From: Christensenella sp.
GTDB taxonomy: Bacteria > Bacillota > Clostridia > Christensenellales > CAG-138
Direction: 5' to 3'
Assembly (NCBI GenBank): GCA_034927595.1
Contig: JAYFPQ010000069.1
Location: 26,412 to 90,411, forward strand
DNA: 64,000 nt
Shown: one piece after another, positions 18,663 to 27,439 of the stretch
Position numbering within the stretch: the stretch's first letter is position 1
How the letters are laid out: each line of letters begins with the position of its first letter
Program-made: the position numbers and the translations under genes
The notes under the pieces: generated by a model
What the model was told of the DNA's origin: nothing
What the model saw: the letters and a program-made list of their open reading frames with translations, nothing else
Databases searched by the model: none

Positions 18663-19742
18663 ATGAGCTACGAATTTTCAATCACGAAAAACCCGAATCC
18701 CAAGCCGAAGCCGGATCCCAATACGTTGGTCTTCGGTCAGGTGTTCACCGACCACATGTTCGTCATGGACTATGACGAAGGCAAGGGCTGGCACGACGGC
18801 CGCATTCTTCCCTACGGCGACATTCTGATCAGCCCGGCGAGCAGCGTGCTGCACTACGCGCAGATGATGTTTGAAGGCATGAAGGCGTACCGTACCGAGG
18901 ACGGTCATGTTCAGCTGTTCCGCCCGGAGATGAACGCGCGCCGCCTGAACCGGACGAACGAACGTATGTGCATGCCGCAGATGGACGAGGATCTCTTCGT
19001 CGCGGCGGTCAAGGCCGTGGTCAAGATGGACGCGGACTGGGTGCCGGATGCGCCGTTTACCTCGCTGTACGTGCGCCCGTTCATCATTGCGGACGATCCG
19101 GCGCTCGGCGTAAAATCCGCCAAGCACTTCCGCTTCATGATCATTCTCTGCCCGTCCGGCCCGTACTATGCGGCAAACCGCGGCAAGCTCTCGACGACGC
19201 GCATCTTCGTGGAAGACGAGTTCATCCGCGCGGCGCACGGCGGAACGGGCTACGCCAAGGTTGGCGGCAACTACGCGGGTTCGCTCCGCGCGTCCCAGAA
19301 GGCGCACGAGTGCGACTGCAACGACGTGCTCTGGCTGGATGCCATCGAGCACAAATACGTCGAAGAGGTTGGTTCCTCCAACGCGTTCTTCATGATTGGC
19401 GACGAGGTCATTACGGCTCCGCTGGCGGGTACGATTCTGCCGGGCATCACGCGGGATTCCGTGTTGACGCTGCTGCGTGAATGGGGCATCCGCGCGAGCG
19501 AGCGCAAGATTTCGATTGACGACATCATTGAAGCGGCGAAGAAGGGCGAGCTGAAGGAAGCCTTTGCCAGCGGCACCGCGGCGGTCATCTCACCGATGGG
19601 CCTGCTGCACTACCAGGACAAGGAATACACCATCGGCAACCGCGAGGTCGGCCCGATTTCGCAAAAGCTCTACGACACCATCACCGGCATCCAGACCGGC
19701 AAGATTGCGGATACGCACGGCTGGATTCAGCGTGTCGTCTGA
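18663..19742 (+). CDS. ilvE: Branched-chain amino acid aminotransferase
   Basis: LHYAQMMFEGMKAY, KVGGNYA, EEVGSSN, ILPGITR, GTAAVISP. Confidence 0.95.
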   Translation: MSYEFSITKNPNPKPKPDPNTLVFGQVFTDHMFVMDYDEGKGWHDGRILPYGDILISPASSVLHYAQMMFEGMKAYRTEDGHVQLFRPEMNARRLNRTNERMCMPQMDEDLFVAAVKAVVKMDADWVPDAPFTSLYVRPFIIADDPALGVKSAKHFRFMIILCPSGPYYAANRGKLSTTRIFVEDEFIRAAHGGTGYAKVGGNYAGSLRASQKAHECDCNDVLWLDAIEHKYVEEVGSSNAFFMIGDEVITAPLAGTILPGITRDSVLTLLREWGIRASERKISIDDIIEAAKKGELKEAFASGTAAVISPMGLLHYQDKEYTIGNREVGPISQKLYDTITGIQTGKIADTHGWIQRVV

Positions 19743-19823
19743 AAAAACGGCTATATGAAAAAGTAGATACCCGTATCTAAAAAAATAGCTTGCTTTTTTG
19801 TACGGGAAGGCTATAATACAATC

Positions 19824-19896
19824 TTGTTCCGGCACGTTGCCTCGCAGTTTGGTGTGAAAATCACGAACGCGCGGTGAGCGTGCCGGAACGTTTTTT
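19824..19896 (+). ncRNA. Long hairpin + U tract preceded by a TATAAT promoter: small RNA candidate or ilvE terminator
   Basis: GTTCCGGCACG(19826)...CGTGCCGGAAC(19889) G TTTTTT; TTGCTT(19790)-16-TATAAT(19812). Confidence 0.4.
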
Positions 19897-19922
19897 GGTC
19901 GATAAAGATATATCATATACTA

Positions 19923-19951
19923 TTGACAACATCTTTCCGCCGTGCTACAGT
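19923..19951 (+). promoter_or_regulatory. SigA promoter (extended -10) of T-box 3
   Basis: TTGACA-17-TACAGT with TG at 19943-19944. Confidence 0.7.
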
Positions 19952-19970
19952 GAACGCAATTGAATTTCTA

Positions 19971-20246
19971 ACGCGATGACGGAAACCAGTACCCGTTCAA
20001 GAAGCTTTTTTCAGAGAGCCGCCAATTGGTGCGAAGCGGCAGAAGCGGGAGCGGCGAATTCCTTCCCGAGCGGCTTGCTGAAGCGAAGGTGGTAGGCAAA
20101 GACGGGCGCGCCCGATACAGCGCCGGGGGTATGACAGCGTATCCCAACGAGGCCTTTTCGCGCAAGCGAGCGGCAAATAGAGGTGGTACCACGGGAATCA
20201 GCCCGTCCTCTGCGGAAACAACATCCGCGGAGGGCGGCTTTTTTAT
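19971..20246 (+). promoter_or_regulatory. T-box riboswitch, predicted Phe specifier (UUC)
   Basis: CGCGATGA GA motif, CAGTA, CAGAGAG/GGTGCGAA, GAA-UUC at 20056-20061, AAATAGAGGTGGTACCACG T-box, terminator ~20201-20246. Confidence 0.9.
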
Positions 20247-20329
20247 TTGCCGGAATTCGCGAAGAATAAAAAAGTAAAAAACGGCATTGCAAATTGCTTG
20301 CCTGCCGGAGTATAAAGGAGAAGAGAACC

Positions 20330-21637
20330 ATGGAGCACTATTATCAGCGGGAGATCGAGACCGCTCCGCGCGAGCAGATCCGCAAACTGCAAAACGAGCG
20401 GCTGCTTGCCACCGTGCGCCGCGTGTATGAGCGCGTTGAGCTCTACCGCGAGCGGATGCAGGCGGCGGGCGTGTCGCCGGACGATATCCAGAGCATCGAC
20501 GACCTCAAGAAACTGCCGTTCACCTACAAGCAGGATCTGCGGGACACCTACCCCTACGGCATGTTCGCCGTACCGCTCAAGGACGTCGTGCGCCTGCACG
20601 CGTCGAGCGGCACGACCGGCAAGCAGATTGTCGTCGGCTACACGGCAAACGACATGGAGGTTTGGGCGGACTGCTGTGCGCGCTCCATCGTGGCCGCGGG
20701 TGGCAGCGAGGAGGACATTGTCCACGTTTCGTATGGCTACGGACTGTTCACGGGCGGGCTCGGCATGGACGCGGCGAGCAAGAAGGTCGGCGCGACGACG
20801 ATTCCCGTTTCCAGCGGCAACACGCAGCGGCAACTTACGATTCTTAAGGATTTCGGCTCCACGATCCTTTGCAGCACGCCCTCCTACGCGCTGCACCTCG
20901 CGGAGGCGCTCCGCGAAAGCGGCGCAACGAAGGCGGACATCTCGCTCAAAGCGGGCATCTTCGGCGCGGAACCCTGGACCAACGAGATGCGCCGCGAGCT
21001 GGAGGAACAGCTCGGCCTCAAAGCCTTCGACATCTACGGGTTGACGGAGATCATTGGCCCGGGCGTCGCGTTCGAATGCGGCGAGCAGACGGGCATGCAC
21101 GTCAACGAGGATCACTTCCTGATCGAAATCATCGACCCGGACACGGGCGAGGTGCTGCCGGAGGACACGCAGGGCGAAATCGTCTTCTCGTGCATCACGA
21201 AGGAGGCGTTCCCGATTCTGCGCTACCGCACGCGGGACATCGGCCTCATCACGCGCAAACCCTGCCCTTGCGGGCGCACGCTGGTCAAGATGACCAAGCC
21301 GCGCGGGCGCACGGACGATATGCTCATCATCCGCGGGGTCAACGTGTTCCCCAGCCAGATTGAGACCGTGCTGCTCGAACAGGGCTACACCGCGAACTAC
21401 CGGATCATCGTCGACCGCTCGCAGAATCTGGACAGCGTGGACGTAGAGGTCGAGATTGGCAGCGAACTGCCCTCCGATACCGTCAAGGGGCTCGACCGGC
21501 AGGAGAAGGCGCTCGAAGAGGCGCTGCGCTCGCTGCTCGGCATCTCGGCGAAGGTAAAGCTGCTCGAGCCGAACACGATTGAACGCTCCCAAGGCAAGGC
21601 CGTCCGCGTTATCGACAAGCGCAAACTGCTCGACTAG
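20330..21637 (+). CDS. paaK: Phenylacetate-CoA ligase family protein
   Basis: HASSGTTG, YGYGLFTGG, DIYGLTE, RYRTRD, GRTDDMLIIRGVNVFPSQIE. Confidence 0.9.
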   Translation: MEHYYQREIETAPREQIRKLQNERLLATVRRVYERVELYRERMQAAGVSPDDIQSIDDLKKLPFTYKQDLRDTYPYGMFAVPLKDVVRLHASSGTTGKQIVVGYTANDMEVWADCCARSIVAAGGSEEDIVHVSYGYGLFTGGLGMDAASKKVGATTIPVSSGNTQRQLTILKDFGSTILCSTPSYALHLAEALRESGATKADISLKAGIFGAEPWTNEMRRELEEQLGLKAFDIYGLTEIIGPGVAFECGEQTGMHVNEDHFLIEIIDPDTGEVLPEDTQGEIVFSCITKEAFPILRYRTRDIGLITRKPCPCGRTLVKMTKPRGRTDDMLIIRGVNVFPSQIETVLLEQGYTANYRIIVDRSQNLDSVDVEVEIGSELPSDTVKGLDRQEKALEEALRSLLGISAKVKLLEPNTIERSQGKAVRVIDKRKLLD

Positions 21638-21664
21638 CCGAAACAGAACAGAGGAGGAAGCAGC

Positions 21665-22093
21665 ATGATACAGCAACTCTCGGTCTTTCTGCAGAACGAA
21701 CCCGGCAAGCTCGCCGCCATCACGACCGCGCTCGCCGAGGGCGGACTCGACCTGCGCGCGCTCTCCATTGCGGACACCACGGACTTTGGCATTCTGCGCA
21801 TGCTCGTCAGCGACGCGGCCAAGGCGCGGGCCATCCTCGAACAGAAGCGCTACTCCGCGAGCGTCACCGCCGTGACCATCGTCGCCGTGCCGGACGTGCC
21901 GGGCGGGCTCGCGGGCGTGCTGACTATGCTCGCAAATGAGGGCGTGGACATTGAATACATGTATTCGCTGATCGGCCGCGGGGAGGACAAGGCGTATATG
22001 GTCTTCCGCGCGACGGACGGGGCAAAGCTTCTCGCGGCGCTTGCGCAGCACGGCATCGCCACCATCTCCAACGAGGAGCTCGGCATTCGCTAA
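21665..22093 (+). CDS. Tandem ACT-domain amino acid-binding protein
   Basis: QLSVFLQNEPG...DVPGGL...IEYMY; typical paaK neighbour. Confidence 0.85.
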   Translation: MIQQLSVFLQNEPGKLAAITTALAEGGLDLRALSIADTTDFGILRMLVSDAAKARAILEQKRYSASVTAVTIVAVPDVPGGLAGVLTMLANEGVDIEYMYSLIGRGEDKAYMVFRATDGAKLLAALAQHGIATISNEELGIR

Positions 22094-22110
22094 AGCAAAA
22101 TAGACGCACG

Positions 22111-22138
22111 AAACGCCATCCAAATGGGTGGCGTTTTT
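22111..22138 (+). terminator. Terminator, copy 2 of AAACGCCATCC family
   Basis: AAACGCCATCC-aaat-GGGTGGCGTTTTT. Confidence 0.7.
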
Positions 22139-22404
22139 CGCGCGAGATAAACAGACGGCAGTTGCGCAACGCTTTTTGAAAATTCTGTTAAACTACGGAA
22201 TTTTAATCGAAACGCCAGTATCGAATACGCGTGGTTTTGCTTGACAGCCGCCCGCTTCCGGCGCGATACTGAACACGACGGGCGGATTGTGTTCTTGCGG
22301 GCGAATCCGGCCGTTCTGCCGCGCGTTTTCCACCTTTGGCGCGGCATGCGCGTTCATTACGGTTTCGCCGCACCGGCAAGCGGCGAGTTTGGGAAAGGGA
22401 GAAT

Positions 22405-23388
22405 ATGTTTCAGTTTCAGGAAGGCGTCTCCGCGCTTGCGGTTTGGGGCGTCTGGCTCGCGGTGTTTGCCGCGCTGTTTCTCTTTAACGAGTTTGCGCGC
22501 CGTTGGAAATGGGCGGGGTTCTTCAGCTTCGTGATCCTTCCGGTCGGGCTCTCCGTGCTCTGGTTTACGGTGCTCAAGGAGAAGACCTATACGGACTGGT
22601 TCCACCTGATGAAGGTCTATTCCGCAACCATCGGCAGCCTCGGTTTCTGGTGCATCCGGCACATCCAGAAGAAGGACAAGCTCACGGGCGAGGTCACCTG
22701 GCGGCTCGCGGACGTGAAGTGGGCGCTGATTTTCCCGCCGCTGATCCTCGCGATCAACATTCTCGAAGCCTGCGTGCGCGACTTCCAGGTTGGCGCAACG
22801 TATTGGATGATGAACTCCGGCGCGATTGAAGGCGAAGTCACCGGCGTGCTCGGCGGACCGTGGAACATCATGAACGGCATCGCGGGCCTGCTCAACATCA
22901 TCACGATCACCGGCTGGTTCGGCATTGTGCTCCGCAAAAAGACCAAGCTCGACGGCAGCCGCGACATGCTCTGGCCGGATATGCTCTGGTTCTGGATCAT
23001 CGCGTATGACCTCTGGAACTTTACGTATACCTACAACTGCATTCCGACGCACGCGTTTTATGCGGGTCTTGCGCTGCTGGCGGCGCCGACGCTCTGCGCC
23101 TTTACGCTCGGCAAGGGCGCCTGGCTCCAGCCCCGCGCGCAGACGCTGGCGATCGGGTGCATGTTTGCGCAGACGTTTGCCATGTTCCAGGACAGCGGCA
23201 TGCAGATGGTGCGCTCGACCTATAACCCCGTGATCTACACGATCTTTGGCGCGGTTGCGCTCGCAGCGAACGTCGGCGTGCTCGTGTACATGATCTACAA
23301 GGTGGTCAAGACGAAGCGGAATCCGTACAAGGCGGAGCTTTATACCGACCTGAAGGAGTACGCGGCGATCAAGGCGCTGGCGGAGTAA
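22405..23388 (+). CDS. DUF5692-like integral membrane protein
   Basis: WFHLMKVYS, PPLILAINILEA, DMLWFWIIAYDLWNF; multiple TM helices. Confidence 0.7.
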   Translation: MFQFQEGVSALAVWGVWLAVFAALFLFNEFARRWKWAGFFSFVILPVGLSVLWFTVLKEKTYTDWFHLMKVYSATIGSLGFWCIRHIQKKDKLTGEVTWRLADVKWALIFPPLILAINILEACVRDFQVGATYWMMNSGAIEGEVTGVLGGPWNIMNGIAGLLNIITITGWFGIVLRKKTKLDGSRDMLWPDMLWFWIIAYDLWNFTYTYNCIPTHAFYAGLALLAAPTLCAFTLGKGAWLQPRAQTLAIGCMFAQTFAMFQDSGMQMVRSTYNPVIYTIFGAVALAANVGVLVYMIYKVVKTKRNPYKAELYTDLKEYAAIKALAE

Positions 23389-23423
23389 GGGAACAAGGGA
23401 AAAAACCAAGTTATTGGGCGAAA

Positions 23424-23459
23424 AAACAGCCTCTTCCGAGAGATCGGGGGAGGCTGTTT
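23424..23459. terminator. Bidirectional terminator at left edge of the AT-rich island
   Basis: AAACAGCCTC...GAGGCTGTTT. Confidence 0.75.
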
Positions 23460-23505
23460 GATATTAAACAAGAGTAATTACATACTAGTTCGATTTCTCC
23501 CTAGA

Positions 23506-25965
23506 TCACTCCTTAACAAATTCTCGAATCTTGCTAAATATATAACCAAGGTTCTTGTAGGAATCAACAGAAACAAGCGATTTATCTGCGATACAGACTT
23601 CAATAAATTTTTTAATAAAGTTTTCGCGCGAATTAACAATTTCTCGTAAGTATTCATCTTTATTATGAGGAGATTGCAGAGCAAGGAAAGTCTTATACAC
23701 TGCTGTATTGTTAAGATTAATATCTGAGTAATTCTGACGAAAACACATATAACACGCAATAATAGCTTGTGTAAACCTAACATGAGCTAATGAGATTAGA
23801 ATTTTATCATTACGATAATCATGATATCTCTTTTCAAATACTTGCTCTGCAACGTTTGTATCTCTGAATGCTTTTTGCAAGTAAAGGTTTTTATCACTGG
23901 AGTCACTTTCAAAAAGAGCGGAACGTATATAGCACTTCGCTCGTTGATGCATATATTGAGGATCAGATGACAACAAGTCATTCAAATCTTCATATAGCTC
24001 TCTAATTAGTATCAGTCCACCTCGGCCGTGCCTGTAGAAAATATCGTTTATATTATCGAATAGTATATAGTCTTTGTAGTCAGAATCCACTTTCTTGTTT
24101 AGATTAAGCTTGCCTTCAAGCGCAAAAATCCGAGTAAATATATAACGATAAGCGCTAATGATCTTTGTACGATTGGCAGGGGCATCTGAGAATCTGCCGA
24201 GTTGATTATATAACCAGTAATCAGCGTTAAGCACCCATTTTTCTGGCGAGTTATCTGCTGCGTTAATTTCAAAAGACCAAGAAATCTCGTTTTCGATAAG
24301 TGGGGCCGTTCTCTTAGTTTGTTTGTAGAGTTCTTCGAGTAAACCGAAGTCAATTGCTTGCTTCGAGTAAATCTTTTTCTTTATAGCCAGTATGATTAAT
24401 GTGGCTATAGCTTGGTCAGTGGAGAAATCGGGTTTAATATTCTGATACTTAGCTGTTTCAGACAGTTTATAACTAATTTGTAGTAAGTTGTCGATTATAC
24501 TTGATCCACTGAATGCAAAAATGCCTGCCCCTATCGCTGCAAGAAGCGGATTGATACTATCTAGTTCATTCTTGCTCAATTTGTTTGATAACATAAACTG
24601 AGGGATATCGCCAGTTTGAAGAATCCCTTTATACTCTAGCAAACTCATTAACGACCTAACGTCTCGATTGCTTTTATGACAGAAGAGAACAAATGAAGTA
24701 TTATTCTCTTTAAATTTATCACGTGATCTTAATATAGTTTCGATTTGATCATTTCTAAACGACCTGTCATCAGCCAATATTACAGAGTTTTTCCGTTCTA
24801 TTAGTACTTTGAAACCTTCTGCGTTTAACCGGTTCTTCGACTCGAAAACGTACACATCTTTAGACCGAATTCTGCGAGCGAGGTCAATAAGCAGATAAGT
24901 CTTGCCGCTACAACTACTTCCGACTATTAATTGAACTGGATTTGTCGGGATGTTTTCTAGTATTTGCTTCGATGGTTCGCGAGAAATGAAGAAGTAAGGT
25001 ATTGTTAAGGAACGATTTTTTTGTACAAGGCTTTTACCATGTAGTAGATATGATTTATTTTCTTCAAACGTACTATTGAGGCTTTCGACACTCTTTGTTA
25101 TAAACTCATGTAATTCGTCTTCATTAATACATTTTGATTCCTGCCAAGCCTCGTATAACTCGCGGTATATATCGGAGTAAGAATCAAAGACTAGAGCATG
25201 TGTAATACCATAGCGAGAATACTGTATAGATTCTAGCTTGGTTGGTTCATTAACGCAACAAATATAACGTGCAGATATACTTTTTGATTCCTTATTTAAG
25301 TTAAAAGCAGAGAGAAGATCTATTTCATCCTGTAAACCACAACCAATGATAATCAAATTTATGAAGATAGAGTCGTGGTTTAATTTCGAAAGCAGGGGTA
25401 GGTTAGAGTGTAAGCTGAAGACATATTGCTCTTGAGAAAATATCTGACTTTGGGAGTCAGAGAAAGTGATCATCTCATTAACATCACCGTGCAATTTTAC
25501 GACACATAAGTCTTCGTTAAAAACTTCGGGCTCAAATCTTCTGTTTGCGTATATAACATGGTTATATTTACTGTTGTTTTCAATAGCATCGTCGATGTTC
25601 AGGGTGTAAATGTACTGCCAATCTATAGATAAAAACGCCTCTTTGTCATCATCACATATTTTTACTGATGAGAAATTATTCCTTAAATAATTCTTAACAG
25701 AGGATTTGGGGATAATATTTTGATAGTAAGATGCAACATCTGAAAATGATCTATTTTTTAGATAGTCCTGCTCCTCGGCGGTTAGCTCCTCGGCGCGAAA
25801 AATTTCTTTCAGCATATACTCTTTATACTCTGTTCCACTTGGCACACAGCCTGTTTTACTCCGGCAACCTTTTGAAAAGCCAGAGCCAATAATGGGAATA
25901 AGTCTATTCTGTTTGAAATTATTAACTACCTCAGTCCGTACATCACAGAATTTTGTTATTATCAT
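23506..25965 (-). CDS. SIR2-like NADase + P-loop (STAND-like) NTPase + helical C-terminus; candidate anti-phage protein
   Basis: IGSGFS, TLNID, KLHG, IIGCGLQD SIR2 motifs; GSSCSGKT Walker A, VILADD Walker B; markedly AT-rich (one 60-nt line counted at 35% GC). Confidence 0.75.
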   Translation of the reverse strand: MIITKFCDVRTEVVNNFKQNRLIPIIGSGFSKGCRSKTGCVPSGTEYKEYMLKEIFRAEELTAEEQDYLKNRSFSDVASYYQNIIPKSSVKNYLRNNFSSVKICDDDKEAFLSIDWQYIYTLNIDDAIENNSKYNHVIYANRRFEPEVFNEDLCVVKLHGDVNEMITFSDSQSQIFSQEQYVFSLHSNLPLLSKLNHDSIFINLIIIGCGLQDEIDLLSAFNLNKESKSISARYICCVNEPTKLESIQYSRYGITHALVFDSYSDIYRELYEAWQESKCINEDELHEFITKSVESLNSTFEENKSYLLHGKSLVQKNRSLTIPYFFISREPSKQILENIPTNPVQLIVGSSCSGKTYLLIDLARRIRSKDVYVFESKNRLNAEGFKVLIERKNSVILADDRSFRNDQIETILRSRDKFKENNTSFVLFCHKSNRDVRSLMSLLEYKGILQTGDIPQFMLSNKLSKNELDSINPLLAAIGAGIFAFSGSSIIDNLLQISYKLSETAKYQNIKPDFSTDQAIATLIILAIKKKIYSKQAIDFGLLEELYKQTKRTAPLIENEISWSFEINAADNSPEKWVLNADYWLYNQLGRFSDAPANRTKIISAYRYIFTRIFALEGKLNLNKKVDSDYKDYILFDNINDIFYRHGRGGLILIRELYEDLNDLLSSDPQYMHQRAKCYIRSALFESDSSDKNLYLQKAFRDTNVAEQVFEKRYHDYRNDKILISLAHVRFTQAIIACYMCFRQNYSDINLNNTAVYKTFLALQSPHNKDEYLREIVNSRENFIKKFIEVCIADKSLVSVDSYKNLGYIFSKIREFVKE

Positions 25966-26061
25966 ACACTATCTCCAAAAACAATGATTAAGTATAATGT
26001 ACAACAGTAACACGATAAACGCTATATATAATTAGAAATTAGTTGCCTTACATCATTTTGC

Positions 26062-26661
26062 TCAATACCCCAACTCTTCTCCCACCAACACAACCTCCGT
26101 CACCCCAACGCCCCCCATGGGCTTGAGCAGCGTCACCACGCCGTTGCAAATTCGATCCTTGCTATCGCAATCGTAGCACTTCATCACCTTGCCCACCGCG
26201 CAGGGCGTGTTCCTTTTCAGCCGCCGCGCGTTGAGCGGAGCGGCAACGTTCCGCGCGCGAAACAGCGCGCTCTCGGCATCCGGCGCGAGCTTATTAACCC
26301 CCGCGACGAACACCACCCGCTCGTGGTTGTAGAGCGTGGCGGCGACGCGGTTGCCGCTGCCGTCGATGTTGATGACTTCGCCCGTCTCGGCGATGGCGTT
26401 GGCCGAGGTGAGGTAAACCTGCGTGCTCGCGGCGGAAACGCGGGTAGCGAGGTCGTCCGTCTTCCAGTGCCAGAACACGGTATTATTCTTCGTCAGCCGG
26501 TCGTAAAGCCCCAGCTGCTCAATCGTCATGCTCCCGCCGATGCCGACGGTCTTGCCGGAAATACTCCCGGCGAGATAGTCCGCCGCTTCCTTCGCCGTCT
26601 CAAAATAGTGAACGGCAAACCCCTTGTGCGTGAGCGCCGCAATGGCCCGTTGAACGTCCAT
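26062..26661 (-). CDS. LUD-domain (LutC/YkgG-like) protein
   Basis: YLTSANAIAETGEVINIDGSGNRVAA, GVNKL; C-terminal Cys cluster; ATG 26661. Confidence 0.8.
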   Translation of the reverse strand: MDVQRAIAALTHKGFAVHYFETAKEAADYLAGSISGKTVGIGGSMTIEQLGLYDRLTKNNTVFWHWKTDDLATRVSAASTQVYLTSANAIAETGEVINIDGSGNRVAATLYNHERVVFVAGVNKLAPDAESALFRARNVAAPLNARRLKRNTPCAVGKVMKCYDCDSKDRICNGVVTLLKPMGGVGVTEVVLVGEELGY

Positions 26662-26834
26662 AAAATCATATGCTCCTTTGGTCAATGGTATTGCTGGTAT
26701 TATACCACGATCCGGTGAAACGGAACCCGCGCCGCAAAACTTCCGTTTCGAAACGGCGACAATGGGTTGCCGATAGCGATGGTTCTCCGGTATAATAACG
26801 GTAGAGAGTGAATTGCGAAAGGAGAGTGCGAAAG

Positions 26835-27206
26835 ATGAAAACGATTCATACCGACAACGCCCCTGCGGCAATCGGCCCGTATTCGCAGGCTATCGTCAGC
26901 AACGGTCTGGTGTTTGTCTCTGGTCAGATTCCTTTGGACCCCGCGACCGGCGAAATCGTCGCATCGGACATTATTCTGCAAACCGAACAGGTGATGAAGA
27001 ACCTCGGCGCGGTATTGGAGGCAGCGGGCAGCGGTTTTGACCGCGCGGTGAAAGCGACCTGCTACCTGGCGAACATGGACGACTTCGACTCGTTTAACGT
27101 CGTATACAGCAGGTATATGCATAGCAGACCGGCGCGCGCCTGCGTCGGCGTCAAGCAGCTGCCGAAGCATGTGCTTTGCGAAGTGGACGTCATCGCGGAG
27201 GTCTGA
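26835..27206 (+). CDS. ridA: RidA family enamine/imine deaminase
   Basis: APAAIGPYSQA, VSGQIP, PARACV, EVDVIA. Confidence 0.92.
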   Translation: MKTIHTDNAPAAIGPYSQAIVSNGLVFVSGQIPLDPATGEIVASDIILQTEQVMKNLGAVLEAAGSGFDRAVKATCYLANMDDFDSFNVVYSRYMHSRPARACVGVKQLPKHVLCEVDVIAEV

Positions 27207-27248
27207 TTCGCTGCGTCGTTTGGACGCGAAATCGAGAAATAACCAGTC

Positions 27249-27275
27249 AAGCCCGGCTTCGGCCGGGTTTTTGTT
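27249..27275 (+). terminator. Terminator after ridA
   Basis: AAGCCCGGC-TTCG-GCCGGGTTTTT. Confidence 0.85.
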
Positions 27276-27310
27276 TTGCGAAAAAGTACGGAAATTCGAA
27301 AATAATTCTG

Positions 27311-27343
27311 TACTTTAGCACACAGAAGTGATAAAATGCTAAA
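27311..27343 (+). promoter_or_regulatory. Candidate YerC/HisR operator overlapping -10 of the his operon
   Basis: TACTTTAGCACACAGAAGTG; TTTAGCA/TGCTAAA inverted repeat; TAAAAT at 27332. Confidence 0.45.
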
Positions 27344-27439
27344 AATCATCCAATTGCGCGAGACACCAGTCCGCGCAGGCGGGAAACCGGCGCGGGGGCA
27401 AAAAGCACCCGAACACGCCGCAAAAGAAGGAAAACATCG

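Noticed and set aside
19824-19896. SRP (4.5S) or 6S RNA identity for the long hairpin
   Set aside because: It lacks the SRP CAGG/GGAA/AGCA motif and is too short for 6S.
23430-26061. IS, integron or prophage boundaries around the AT-rich islands (also 37190-38880)
   Set aside because: No transposase, integrase, tRNA, terminal inverted repeats or target-site duplication could be seen by eye.
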